Shown: positions 21,715-31,449, counted from the first letter of the stretch. The stretch is DNA of 64,000 bases from Candidatus Marinacidobacterales bacterium (GCA_965219415.1 OZ244742.1:1728001-1792000); one strand, 5' to 3'. Translations and numbers: made by a program. The notes: a model not told the origin generated them from the sequence alone.

Positions 21715-22470
21715 ATGAACCGCGGAGACACGAGCAGTGCAATTCAACCGTGGGCAGAACCGGGACAGATCAGCACCGTACTGCTAGACGCCGGCAATAC
21801 ACTGGTCTTCTTGGACTACGGCGCGATCGCCGACGCGATCGAAGCAAGTGGATTCTCGATCGATGCGGCTGCACTCGAGCTCTCCGAATATCGCGCCCGC
21901 CGGCGTGTAGACCAAAAGTACCTCGAGGGTGGTTTTACCGACGCCAGCATGTGGCAATGCTACTTCGACTGGCTGATGGAGGAAGCGGGTGTATCATCCG
22001 CACCGCGACCCGAGATCTTGGAGCGACTTCGCCAACGCCATGCGGAATCCAATCTCTGGAGCCGTACCAAACCCGAAGTGCGGGACGCGATGGCGAGATT
22101 AAAGGACAGCGGTCGAATCGTCGCCGTCATCTCGAACTCAGATGGGTCCTGTCGCGAGCTGTTGCGGCGGCTAGGCCTTCTTTCCTATTGTCATGCGGTG
22201 TACGATTCGGCGGAGCTTGGAGTCGAAAAGCCTGATAAACGTATCTTCCAGATTGCGCTGCGAGACCTCACGGTTGAACCGACTCAGGCTTTGTACATAG
22301 GAGACTTGGAAGCGATCGATGTTCTCGGAGCGCGACGCGCGGGCATCCTACCGGTGCTCGCCGATCCACACCCCAGGGGAGACGCGGTGGATTTTCCGGT
22401 CCTCCGCGGTGTTAGCGAGCTACCGGACGCCCTGGGGATAGCGAACCAAACACAACTAAAGGAGCTCTAA
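21715..22470 (+). CDS. HAD-superfamily hydrolase (subfamily IA)
   Basis: LLDAGNTL, VISNSDG, GVEKPDKRIF, YIGDLEAIDVLGA. Confidence 0.9.
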   Translation: MNRGDTSSAIQPWAEPGQISTVLLDAGNTLVFLDYGAIADAIEASGFSIDAAALELSEYRARRRVDQKYLEGGFTDASMWQCYFDWLMEEAGVSSAPRPEILERLRQRHAESNLWSRTKPEVRDAMARLKDSGRIVAVISNSDGSCRELLRRLGLLSYCHAVYDSAELGVEKPDKRIFQIALRDLTVEPTQALYIGDLEAIDVLGARRAGILPVLADPHPRGDAVDFPVLRGVSELPDALGIANQTQLKEL

Positions 22471-22473
22471 CTC

Positions 22474-23064
22474 ATGCCCCGCATCAAATGGATCACCGAC
22501 GAGGAAGCCACCGGCGAGGCGGCCGAGGTCCTCGAGGAGACCCGGCGCCGTTTCGGTGGACACTTGGGAGACGAGACCCGCTGCTTCAGTCTTCGTCCCG
22601 ACTTGATGAAATTGACCACCGACCTGTTTGTCCAAGGACATTTCCGTCCGGGTTTTCTGAACCGGCGGCAGAAGGAGATGATTGCTACCTACGTGTCGGC
22701 GGTGAATCACTGCCAGTACTGACGGGACTCCCACGCACACTTCCTGCGGGCTCAGGGAGCAGATGAGAAAGTCGCCGCGGCGGTCCAGAAAGGTGACCTC
22801 ACGGCGGTTCGAGAATCCGGCCTCGACCCCAAAGAGGTCGCGCTTGTCGAGTTGATCGACACCGTCACCCGTCACGCGCACCGCGTCACGGATGACCAGG
22901 TGCAAGGCCTCCGCGATCACGGATGGAGTGACGAGCAAATCTTCGAGGGAGTCTGGGTGGCTGCCGCCTTTGCCTATATGACGCGCGTCGTCGACGCCTT
23001 CGGAATCAATTGGAAACCAGAGATGCTCAACTCGAGCGCGATGGGCCCGAAACGAATCGATTGA
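22474..23064 (+). CDS. AhpD-like / carboxymuconolactone decarboxylase family protein with in-frame TGA (probable selenocysteine, CQYU), 196 aa
   Basis: ORFs 22474..22722 and 22852..23064 share a frame, open throughout except TGA 22720-22722; KEMIATYVSAVNHCQY-U-RDSH matches the AhpD E-x(n)-CxxC-xxxH motif. Confidence 0.85.
22723..22762 (+). promoter_or_regulatory. Candidate bacterial SECIS hairpin
   Basis: TTCCTG-CGGGCT-CAGGGA stem with G-containing loop about 25 nt after the TGA; an alternative CTCCC/GGGAG pairing is possible. Confidence 0.5.
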
Positions 23065-23083
23065 TATCGGTTCTTCAACGAGC

Positions 23084-23524
23084 ATGGGTTCCGGTGAGCT
23101 CGAAGCCATCTGGCTAAAGCGGATGAAGCTCGGCCCCATGGATCCTCACCGGAACGCCACGCTAAAGGCGGGCCGTGGGTTGGTCGATAACGCCGACCGA
23201 GGGGGAATGCGTCAAGTGACTTTGATGGACGCCGAGCGGTGGGCCCGCATCGAAGAGACGATCGGCTGCTCCCTCGACCCCTCGGCCCGACGGGCCAACC
23301 TTCTGGTGAGCGGTGTGAGCCTGGCACAGAGTCGGGGGCGGATCCTTCGGGTCGGCCCGTGCCGACTGCGCATCGTCGGGGAAACAAGACCGTGCGAGCG
23401 AATGGACGAAGCCTTCGGGGGGCTTAGGCGAGTGATGCAAGAAGACTGGGGCGGGGGTGCCTACGCCGAGGTGCTCGACGACGGCGATATCGTGGTGGGT
23501 GACGAGGTCCGCTGGACGGAGTAG
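23084..23524 (+). CDS. MOSC domain-containing protein
   Basis: RQVTL, RRANLLVSG, GETRPCERM, GGAYAEVLDDGDIVVGD. Confidence 0.9.
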   Translation: MGSGELEAIWLKRMKLGPMDPHRNATLKAGRGLVDNADRGGMRQVTLMDAERWARIEETIGCSLDPSARRANLLVSGVSLAQSRGRILRVGPCRLRIVGETRPCERMDEAFGGLRRVMQEDWGGGAYAEVLDDGDIVVGDEVRWTE

Positions 23525-23535
23525 GCGGCTTCACC

Positions 23536-24006
23536 TTACTCGTGAATGTGTTCCGCCAGGTATTTGTCCTTGCCGATCTCATCGACGATGTGAAGCTGGG
23601 CCTCTAGCCAGTCGACGGCTTCTTCTTCTCCCTTCAAGATCCCTTCCAGTAGCTCTCGCGTGCCGTTGTCGGCCTTGTCGCGGCAAAGCGCAATCCCGTT
23701 GTTCAATCGCTCCACGGCGGCTTTCTCCAGGTCTAGATCGGCCCTGTGCTGCTCGACGGGGTCCTCCCCCAAACTGATGGGGCCAAGGCGCTGCATGTTG
23801 GGCACACCTTCCAAGTAAAGGATCCGGTCGATGATGGCGTCGGCGTCTCGCATCTCTTCCATGGATTCTTCGCGTTTCTTCTTGGCCAGCTTTTGGTAGC
23901 CCCAGTTCGCGCACATCTTGGCGTGTGCGAAGTACTGGTTGATCGCCGTGAGCTCGGCCGTCAAAACCTCGTTCAGAGCCTCGATAACCTGTGAGTCCCC
24001 CTGCAT
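23536..24006 (-). CDS. bfr: Bacterioferritin
   Basis: MQGDSQVIEALNEVLTAELTAINQYFAH, ESMEEMRDAD, RILYLEGVPNMQ. Confidence 0.96.
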   Translation of the reverse strand: MQGDSQVIEALNEVLTAELTAINQYFAHAKMCANWGYQKLAKKKREESMEEMRDADAIIDRILYLEGVPNMQRLGPISLGEDPVEQHRADLDLEKAAVERLNNGIALCRDKADNGTRELLEGILKGEEEAVDWLEAQLHIVDEIGKDKYLAEHIHE

Positions 24007-24099
24007 GTGCCTTCCTCCTCAGCTCTCTTCTCTTGAGCGTGGCGGGCTGGTGCGAGCGTGGAGTCGATATACTAGTCTCTCCCTGGGGGTAGAGCAACA

Positions 24100-24277
24100 G
24101 GAGCCGTCAGCCCGAGCGAAGCGCGAGCGACCCGACTTCGCCAAGGCTTCGTCGGGTCCGCCGAAGCTCTGAGATGAGTCGCTTATGCGGAGGCGGAAGT
24201 GAGTCGCGGAGCGAGAGCCGCGTTCCGCAGCGAGCCTGTCGAGCGGAGGGCTAGCCCGACCGAAGGACGGGCGCATT
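24100..24277. repeat. GC-rich palindromic REP-like element between bfd and bfr
   Basis: CCCGAC/GTCGGG hairpin and GGGTCCGCCGAAGCT core also present near 30577. Confidence 0.55.
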
Positions 24278-24318
24278 GCGAAGAAAGTGGCCCCGCGGCC
24301 TTGATGAGCGTTGGAATG

Positions 24319-24522
24319 CTAGCTGGCCGCGGCTAGCTTTCTCCGAGGTTGGTGCTCGATCTGTTTTTCCGACTCGAGTATCGAGACGAGGGTCTCCTGG
24401 CACCCTCCGCAGCAGGCACCCGCGGAGCAGCCAAGCGCGACGTCATAGAGACTCGAGGCTCCCTCGCGCACCAAGCTCCTGACGGTGCGGTCGGTAACTC
24501 CACGGCAGACGCAGACGATCAC
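24319..24522 (-). CDS. bfd: Bacterioferritin-associated ferredoxin
   Basis: MIVCVCRGVTD...GACCGGC [2Fe-2S] motif, upstream of bfr. Confidence 0.9.
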   Translation of the reverse strand: MIVCVCRGVTDRTVRSLVREGASSLYDVALGCSAGACCGGCQETLVSILESEKQIEHQPRRKLAAAS

Positions 24523-24636
24523 GAGGGAAGCGCCTCTCGTTTCGTGGTTGGCGCCAAACCATCGAGGTGCTCGACAGCAACATGGCCAGGCGCCTCCGGA
24601 GCTGTTCTCCAATCCATGGGATGATTGTAAATCCAC

Positions 24637-24663
24637 TGAAAGTGAAAGTCAATTTCATTTTCA
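24637..24663. promoter_or_regulatory. Fur-box-like inverted repeat upstream of bfd-bfr
   Basis: TGAAAGTGAAA-GTCAA-TTTCATTTTCA dyad (one mismatch) in an AT-rich promoter region. Confidence 0.6.
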
Positions 24664-24725
24664 ATTAATACGCAAAAATATCGTAAGCCATTGATTTAAT
24701 GGGGGTTACGATCTAGAGGCCGAGA

Positions 24726-25595
24726 CTAGGGGAGTCGCAACGAGTCTAATTTCACCTGGAGCAGCTCGGCCGGCGAAAGATCGTAGTTGAACCCGCTCAA
24801 TGCCGCCTCCCAACCTCCATATTCGGGATTGGGAAGGACGAACCACTTGCGGCCCCAGTACTGGTCGTAGTCTCCAACGACCGCATCCCGCTCCGTGAGA
24901 GAGCTACGCATCCCGGAGACGAAGTCGTTCAAGTCGTCTCCGAAAAGCAGCAACACCCGGTATCTGGAAGCGATGTCGGCGCGCCGCGACGACTTGTCGG
25001 AGAGGTTCCACTCCTCCCTTTCACCCCGGGTGTAGACCGTGTCCTCATCCGCCTTCAGGGGGAACCCGGCCTTCTCCAGGTTGTTTCGAGTGGCCTCCTC
25101 CACCGCGTGCCGGCGATTCGTCAGGTACACCACGGTGACCCCTCGCTCGGCGGCGTATTTCGTGAACTCGAGGGCGCCGGGGATAGGGAGGGCCTTCTCT
25201 TTACGACACCATTCCTGCCAGTGCGGCCGTCCGAACTTGATGTTGTCGACGATAAGCTGTGCCTGGTAGTCAGAGTTGTCCAGAACCGTTTCGTCCACAT
25301 CGAGGATGATGACCGGGGGAAGCTTGGAGACTCCCTCTCCCTGCTCGAGTGCCGCGGTCCATTCAGGATCTTCGAGCGCGCCGTCCAGTATCCGCTTGGC
25401 CTGCCGGTAAACCTGTGTTGTCAGGGCTCGGCGCTCCGCGGCGCTCTGGATCCATAAAACGCTGTTGAGAAGCTCCCAAGAGTAAGGCGTCTGGGATTCC
25501 CGCGGATCGGGTCTTTCCGGCAAGAAGTGACTCGCCAAAAAGAGTGCTACCCCGAGTATCAGGACGACTGCCAGTGACCCCATCGAATTCTTCAT
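24726..25595 (-). CDS. Class C acid phosphatase / 5'-nucleotidase, e(P4) family
   Basis: ILDVDETVLDNSDY, YLTNR, LFGDDLNDF, VLPNPEYGGWE. Confidence 0.9.
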   Translation of the reverse strand: MKNSMGSLAVVLILGVALFLASHFLPERPDPRESQTPYSWELLNSVLWIQSAAERRALTTQVYRQAKRILDGALEDPEWTAALEQGEGVSKLPPVIILDVDETVLDNSDYQAQLIVDNIKFGRPHWQEWCRKEKALPIPGALEFTKYAAERGVTVVYLTNRRHAVEEATRNNLEKAGFPLKADEDTVYTRGEREEWNLSDKSSRRADIASRYRVLLLFGDDLNDFVSGMRSSLTERDAVVGDYDQYWGRKWFVLPNPEYGGWEAALSGFNYDLSPAELLQVKLDSLRLP

Positions 25596-25698
25596 TTCCC
25601 TGCCTCGGCTCCTCGTAGGTTTTGGGCGTTCAATATAGAATGGAACCGGTCGGAAGCCAAAGAGAAGGCCGGTTCCTTCGTGGTTTCCGCCTAGAGCG

Positions 25699-26637
25699 TT
25701 GTCGATGATGGACCTAATACCCGCCGCTTCGCTGAACGCGAGGCTGAGCCTTGCCCTGCTCGTCCTCGTCGGCACGTCGTGTTCGCTGAAGGCGAGAGCT
25801 GTCAACACGCTATCCGAGGTGCTCGCCGAGTCGGAAGTGGTCTATCTCTCCGACGAGGATCCCGAGCTCGTCGCCGAGGCCATGCCCTTCAATCTGAAGA
25901 CGATCGAGACTCTTCTTGAATCCAGCCCCGAACATCAAGGGCTGCTTCTTTCCGCAACCACCGGCTTCACTTTCTATGCCTACGGTTTCGTGGAACCCAA
26001 GGCCGATCGCGCCGAAGACGAAGACTTCGAGCTGGCGGAAGAGATCCGTGCCCGCGCCGCCAAACTCTACTGGCGCGCGTACCGCTACGGGATCCGTGGG
26101 TTGAACGTGAATTACCCGGGCTTTGGGAACACGTTGTCCGTCGAGCCCGAAGAGACCGTCGCACCGCTCGAGGTGGACGATGTACCTCTGGCGCTATGGA
26201 CAGCCGCAGCACTGGGAGGAGCCATCGGGGTATCCAAGGACGATCCGGAAGCCACCGCGGATATTGCGGTGGTAGGGGCGCTCCTCGAGAAATGCCTCGA
26301 CCTCGATCCAAGCTACGGCGACGGCATCCTGTACGGATTGCTCGTGATTTATGAATCCCAGCGATTCGGCGGATCGCCGGAAACCGCGCGCGAATACTAT
26401 CGCCGTGCGCTCGAGCTTTCTCGTGAGACCCGTGCCTCCACTTGGTTGCTGTGGGCCGAGAACTTCTCGGTCCCGAACCAAAACGTCGTGGAATTCAAAG
26501 AACTGCTCGAAAGAGTTCTGGCTTTCGACGTCGACCAGTACCCCGAAGATCGACTCCTGAACATTCTCGCTCAGCGGCGCGCCCGATGGTTGATGGGTCG
26601 CGTCGATGAGCTGTTTCTGGAAGGTGACGACCCGTGA
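25699..26637 (+). CDS. TRAP-associated TatT-family lipoprotein
   Basis: Lipobox GTSC, DEDPELVAEAMPFNLK, TPR-like helices; overlaps the dctP start. Confidence 0.8.
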   Translation: MSMMDLIPAASLNARLSLALLVLVGTSCSLKARAVNTLSEVLAESEVVYLSDEDPELVAEAMPFNLKTIETLLESSPEHQGLLLSATTGFTFYAYGFVEPKADRAEDEDFELAEEIRARAAKLYWRAYRYGIRGLNVNYPGFGNTLSVEPEETVAPLEVDDVPLALWTAAALGGAIGVSKDDPEATADIAVVGALLEKCLDLDPSYGDGILYGLLVIYESQRFGGSPETAREYYRRALELSRETRASTWLLWAENFSVPNQNVVEFKELLERVLAFDVDQYPEDRLLNILAQRRARWLMGRVDELFLEGDDP

Positions 26638-27665
26638 CAAATCGATCGCTTTCGCGCGTGCTGTTCACGCTGCTGGTCTTTCTCAGCTTAGGCTTCCTAT
26701 CGACCCTCGACGCGAAAGTCGTCATCCGCCTGGGAACCCTGGCGCCCAATGGCTCCGCCTGGCACAAGATCTTCAAGCAAATGGGGGCCGATTGGCGGAA
26801 ATCGACCGACGGGGAGCTCGTCCTTCGGATCTACGCGGGCGGCGTGGTAGGAGACGAAGGGGAAATGATTCGCAAGATGCGGATCGGTCAGCTCCAATGC
26901 GCCGCCATCTCGAATTCTGGCGTCGCCGAAATCGATCCCGCCGCATACGCCCTGATGCTTCCGATGATGTTCGATAGCTACGAGGAATGGGATTACGTGC
27001 GCCAAGAAGTGAATCCGACCTTGGAGGCAAAACTCGAGGCAAAAGGATTCAAAGTGCTCGCCTGGTCCGATGTGGGTTGGGTCTACTTCTTTACAAAAAA
27101 CCCCCTCCGGAGGCCGACCGACCTGCGAAAGATGAAGCTGGCCGCCTCGGCAACCGAAGCCGCCACCGTCGAGATCATGAAGTGGGCCGGTTTCAATCCG
27201 GTACCGATCTCCTCCGTGGATATGGCAAGCGGTCTCCAGACCGGTCTCATCAACGCGATCTATCTTCCCGTGATCTTGGCCGAAGGCTCGCAGTTCTACC
27301 GGCACGTTCGCAACATGACCGAAATGAAGTGGGCACCGTTACAAGGAGCTCTCGTCATGCACGATCGCGGGTGGAAGAAACTCGATGCCAATCAGCAAGC
27401 CACGATCACCCGCATCGCGAAACAAGTGGGCACCGATCTTAGGAAAGACACGCGTCGCCAAGAACAATTATCTCTGGACGCGATGAAGAAACGCGGGCTC
27501 GAGATTGTATCGGTGGACGATGGTGATGTCGCCGCTTGGCGACAGACAGTAGAGAAGGCCTACCCCAAAGTCCGCGAAAAACTGGTCCCTCCGGAAATGT
27601 TCGATCGGGTCAAGAAGCTGCGCGATGAGTTCCGAGCCACGCGGGGGAAATCCAGCCAGCCTTAG
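26634..27665 (+). CDS. dctP: TRAP transporter substrate-binding protein DctP
   Basis: IRLGTLAPNGSAW, YAGGVVGDEGEMIRKMRIGQL. Confidence 0.9.
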   Translation: MTNRSLSRVLFTLLVFLSLGFLSTLDAKVVIRLGTLAPNGSAWHKIFKQMGADWRKSTDGELVLRIYAGGVVGDEGEMIRKMRIGQLQCAAISNSGVAEIDPAAYALMLPMMFDSYEEWDYVRQEVNPTLEAKLEAKGFKVLAWSDVGWVYFFTKNPLRRPTDLRKMKLAASATEAATVEIMKWAGFNPVPISSVDMASGLQTGLINAIYLPVILAEGSQFYRHVRNMTEMKWAPLQGALVMHDRGWKKLDANQQATITRIAKQVGTDLRKDTRRQEQLSLDAMKKRGLEIVSVDDGDVAAWRQTVEKAYPKVREKLVPPEMFDRVKKLRDEFRATRGKSSQP

Positions 27666-27683
27666 GACTCGAAATAACCAATT

Positions 27684-29483
27684 GTGAAAAAAACGCACCT
27701 TATCGAGGACGGCCTTACCGTCCTCGCCCTCCTCACGATGGCCCTCCTCCCTCTTCTGGAGATCGTGATCCGCAAATTCTACTCGAGTGGCATTCCCGGC
27801 TCCGCGACTTGGGTGCAGCACTTGGCGCTCTGGGTGGGTTTCCTGGGCGCCGCCATCGCTGCCCGCAAGGGAGAACTGCTTTCGCTCGGCACGGGCGGCA
27901 CATTCCTTAAAGGAAAGTGGAAGACCGCGTCCGAGGTTTTCACGGCGGGAGTCGGCGTTGCGGTGTGCACCATCCTGGCCAGAGGAAGCCTCGAATTGGT
28001 TCTGGTGGAGCGGGAGGGGGGACGCGAGCTCGCCCTAGGCGTTCCGGTCTGGCTGGCCGAAGCCATCATGCCCATCGGCTTTACCGTCATCGGCCTCCGC
28101 ATCCTTAGAAGAGTCCCGGGAGGTTGGCGGAGCCGGCTCATCGCCGCGGGCTTCATCCTGATCCCGATTGTCTTAGGTCTGCTCGAGAATCTCCCCGGAA
28201 GCGGAATTCTCGTCCCACTTCTTCTCGCCGTGATTCTTGCGACTGCGCTGGGAGCCCCCATCTTCGTGGGCCTAGGGGGGGTGGCCGCGATACTCCTCTG
28301 GAACAACTACGATCCGGTCTCGGCAATCGCCGTCGAGACCTACAACCTTGCGCTCAAACCTATCCTGCCCACCATCCCGCTTTTCACGTTGGCCGGCTTC
28401 ATCCTCGCGGAGGGAGGAACACCGCATCGGTTGGTGGAGCTCTTTCGAAATCTTTTCGGCTGGATGCCGGGTGGGGTGGCCGTCGTTGCGATCGTGGTGT
28501 GTGCTTTTTTCACGAGCTTCACCGGCGGAAGCGGCGTGACCATTCTGGCGATGGGCGGACTGCTCTACCCGATGCTTCTCGAAGATAAGTACCGCGAGAA
28601 CTTCAGCACCGGGCTTCTGACGTCCGCCGGCTCACTGGGACTCTTGTTCCCGCCGTCACTCGCGGTCATTCTCTACGGGCTCGTTGCTCAGATTGAGATC
28701 CGGAAGCTCTTCGTCAGTGGCTGGGTCCCTGCGACTCTGGAGATCCTCCTCGTCGCCGCCTTCGCGCTCTTCTACAGCCGACGCACCGGCATCACCAAGG
28801 TCTCGTTCCACTGGCGCCAAGCTGGAAACGCCATTTGGAAAGCGAAGTGGGAGATCGCGATCCCGGTCCTGGTGCTGGGAAGCATCGCGGGAGGATTCGC
28901 CACGCTGGTAGAGGCGTCGGCCGTCACCGTGCTCTACGCCCTGTTGCTCGAGTTCTTCATCCACCGAGATCTGCAAATACGCCGGGATTTGGTACGGGTG
29001 GTCGGAAACGCCGCAACCCTCATTGGTGGCGTTCTCATCATCCTGGGGGTCGCCTTGGGTCTCACAAATTACTTGGTGATCGCCGAGATCCCTCTTCAAG
29101 CGGTCGAATGGGTCCAGTCTTTCGTTGACTCCCCCCTATTTTTTCTCCTTCTGCTCAACATCTTTCTCCTCATCGTTGGGTGCCTGATGGATGTCTACTC
29201 CGCGATCGTGGTGGTGGTCCCGCTGATCACGCCGCTAGCTTTGGTCTATGGGGTCGATCCCTTTCACTTGGGAATCATCTTCCTCACCAACCTCGAGCTC
29301 GGCTATCTGACCCCGCCAGTCGGTATGAACCTCTTTCTCGCCTCCTACCGATTCAAGAGACCTCTGCCCGAGGTCTACCGAGCCGCGCTCCCCTTCCTCG
29401 GAATCCGGGCCGTGGGTGTCCTGCTAGTGACCTACGTGCCAGCGCTAACGGCCTTTCTCCCCCAGCTCTTGGGAATGGACTAG
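27684..29483 (+). CDS. Fused TRAP small and large permease (DctQ-DctM)
   Basis: N-terminal 4-TM DctQ region; IPLFTLAG, GLLFPPS, GYLTPPVGMNLF DctM motifs. Confidence 0.9.
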   Translation: MKKTHLIEDGLTVLALLTMALLPLLEIVIRKFYSSGIPGSATWVQHLALWVGFLGAAIAARKGELLSLGTGGTFLKGKWKTASEVFTAGVGVAVCTILARGSLELVLVEREGGRELALGVPVWLAEAIMPIGFTVIGLRILRRVPGGWRSRLIAAGFILIPIVLGLLENLPGSGILVPLLLAVILATALGAPIFVGLGGVAAILLWNNYDPVSAIAVETYNLALKPILPTIPLFTLAGFILAEGGTPHRLVELFRNLFGWMPGGVAVVAIVVCAFFTSFTGGSGVTILAMGGLLYPMLLEDKYRENFSTGLLTSAGSLGLLFPPSLAVILYGLVAQIEIRKLFVSGWVPATLEILLVAAFALFYSRRTGITKVSFHWRQAGNAIWKAKWEIAIPVLVLGSIAGGFATLVEASAVTVLYALLLEFFIHRDLQIRRDLVRVVGNAATLIGGVLIILGVALGLTNYLVIAEIPLQAVEWVQSFVDSPLFFLLLLNIFLLIVGCLMDVYSAIVVVVPLITPLALVYGVDPFHLGIIFLTNLELGYLTPPVGMNLFLASYRFKRPLPEVYRAALPFLGIRAVGVLLVTYVPALTAFLPQLLGMD

Positions 29484-29512
29484 CCGCTAAGTCCCACTCC
29501 AACAGACACATA

Positions 29513-29567
29513 CCCTCTCCCCTTGGGAGAGGGTGGCGTCACGCACCGTCGTGACGCCGGGTGAGGG
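29513..29567. repeat. REP-like double hairpin
   Basis: CCCTCTCCC-CTT-GGGAGAGGG, then GGCGTCACG/CGTGACGCC and GGGTGAGGG. Confidence 0.7.
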
Positions 29568-29681
29568 CAATAGGCGTCTTGCTTGGGCCAGCATTCTCCA
29601 TTTCCGGGGAACAAATCGGCCCCGAATTACTTATATATCCCTGAGGGTCGGCAAAAACCCCTCGCAACAACGTGATTTGAA

Positions 29682-30431
29682 ATGGAGGGACGATTTATGA
29701 CGGCTTCGCCCAGCACCGAATCGGGATTAAGAAATGGCGCTTTGATTAGCCTCCAAGGGGTGTCCAAGATCTTCTACACCGACGAGGTGGAAACGCACGC
29801 ATTGGCGGGCGTCGTTTTGGACATCAACAAGGGAGACTACATCTCCATCGCTGGACCTTCGGGCTGTGGCAAGTCCACGCTCTTGTCCATCCTGGGCCTT
29901 CTGGACTCGCCCTCCACGGGAAGCTTCACGCTGAACGGACAGGCGGTGGCCAACCTGAAACTGTCCGACCGGGCACGCATCCGGAATCGGGAGGTCGGTT
30001 TCATCTTCCAGGCCTTCAATCTGATCGGTGATCTGACGGTGTACGAGAACGTCGAGCTTCCGTTGACCTACCGGGGCATGCCCTCGTCGGAGCGCAAGAA
30101 GAAGGTGCAAGCGGCACTCGAGAGGGTCGAGATGGCACATCGAATGAAGCATTACCCCTTTCAGCTTTCCGGGGGCCAACAACAGCGGGTGGCGGTGGCC
30201 CGTGCGGTCGTAGGAGATCCCTCGATCGTGCTGGCGGACGAGCCCACCGGGAACCTCGATTCCGCGAACGGCGAAGCGGTGATGGATCTGATGGCCGAGC
30301 TTCATCGCGGAGGGGCGACCATATGCATGGTGACCCACGATCCGCGCTATGAGACATATGCCGATCGCTCCATCAGCCTCTTCGATGGCCAAGTCGTAGA
30401 GGAGGAGGGAGTCGCCACCGCGACGGCCTAA
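29682..30431 (+). CDS. ABC transporter ATP-binding protein (LolD/MacB-like)
   Basis: [34 protein letters not shown]. Confidence 0.93.
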   Translation: MEGRFMTASPSTESGLRNGALISLQGVSKIFYTDEVETHALAGVVLDINKGDYISIAGPSGCGKSTLLSILGLLDSPSTGSFTLNGQAVANLKLSDRARIRNREVGFIFQAFNLIGDLTVYENVELPLTYRGMPSSERKKKVQAALERVEMAHRMKHYPFQLSGGQQQRVAVARAVVGDPSIVLADEPTGNLDSANGEAVMDLMAELHRGGATICMVTHDPRYETYADRSISLFDGQVVEEEGVATATA

Positions 30432-30456
30432 GCGTTTCCAACGCTAAACACGAAAC

Positions 30457-30483
30457 AAGGGGCTCCTCGGAGCCCCTTTTTTT
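30457..30483 (+). terminator. Rho-independent terminator
   Basis: GGGGCTCC-TC-GGAGCCCC hairpin followed by T7. Confidence 0.85.
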
Positions 30484-30533
30484 GCCTTTTTTCGACTATG
30501 ATATGGGGCCAGCAAGAATGCCGTCACCTTGCT

Positions 30534-30615
30534 CTCTCCCAGCCCGCCTCCGTCCTGAGGACTTCGGCGGGTCCGCGGGTCCGCCGAAGCTGTAGCGAAG
30601 GCGGAAGGGAGAGGG
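30534..30615. repeat. Composite REP-like element
   Basis: CTCTCCC...GGGAGAG arms enclosing CCGCCGAAGCTGTAGCGAAGGCGG. Confidence 0.6.
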
Positions 30616-30651
30616 AATAAAGGATGGAGACCATCACCGATAGACGGAGGA

Positions 30652-31449
30652 ATGATGAAGAGCTTGGCCCTGGTCAAATATGTGCCCGACACCAACTCTC
30701 CTTTCCGGATCAATAGCTCCGGGACCTGGGTGGACGACGCGAACCTGAGCTTCGTGCTCAACGAGTATGACCGCTACGCGCTCGAAGTGCTGCTAAGGCT
30801 CAAGGACGACGGCAAAGTCACCGAAGTCGTGGCTCTCACAGTGGGCCCTGCCGGAGCTTCTTCCGCACTTCGCACGTGCCTCGCCACCGGGGCCGATCGC
30901 GCCATCCACATCAAAGACGATGCACTAAACGGAAGCGATCCACTGTCGGTGGCCAAGGTCATCCAAGCGGCTGTCAAAGATGAAGGATTCTCTCTGATTG
31001 TGGCCGGTCTTCAGGCCGACGACGATAACCACACCCAGATCGGGTCCCTGGTGGCTCGTCTCTTAGACTGGCCATGTGCTACCGCAGCTTTGGGATTAGC
31101 GCTGCAAGACGAAAACACCGTTCGCGCTGAGAGAGAGCTCGAGAACAACCGCCTCCAAGTCGTCGACTTGACGCTTCCCGCGATCGTCACGGTGCAGACC
31201 GGCATCAATACACCGCGGTATGCCAGCCTCAAGGGGATCATGGCGGCAAAGAAAAAGGAAGTCCGCACCGTCGGCCTTGGCGATCTCGGTCTCGATGCCA
31301 ATGAAGTGGGGGCGGGTGCGACGCGGATGAAGACCGTCGCATTCGCGTCTCCACCAAAAGGCAAGGGTGCGGAAATCCTGAACGATAGCCCCGATGAGGT
31401 GGCGCAAGGGCTCTTGAAGCGAATCCGCGAAAACACGGGGGTTGTCTAG
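30652..31449 (+). CDS. etfB: Electron transfer flavoprotein beta subunit
   Basis: LVKYVPD, NEYDRYALE, GADRAIH, NTPRYASLKGIMAAKKKE. Confidence 0.95.
   Translation: MMKSLALVKYVPDTNSPFRINSSGTWVDDANLSFVLNEYDRYALEVLLRLKDDGKVTEVVALTVGPAGASSALRTCLATGADRAIHIKDDALNGSDPLSVAKVIQAAVKDEGFSLIVAGLQADDDNHTQIGSLVARLLDWPCATAALGLALQDENTVRAERELENNRLQVVDLTLPAIVTVQTGINTPRYASLKGIMAAKKKEVRTVGLGDLGLDANEVGAGATRMKTVAFASPPKGKGAEILNDSPDEVAQGLLKRIRENTGVV

Noticed and set aside
21565-21747. Ankyrin-like small ORF (IVELLVEKGA)
   Set aside because: Single short match, overlaps the HAD gene start, no RBS; insufficient support.
24100-24277. tRNA or defined ncRNA between bfd and bfr
   Set aside because: No cloverleaf or T-loop; shares a core with the repeat near 30577, so treated as REP-like.
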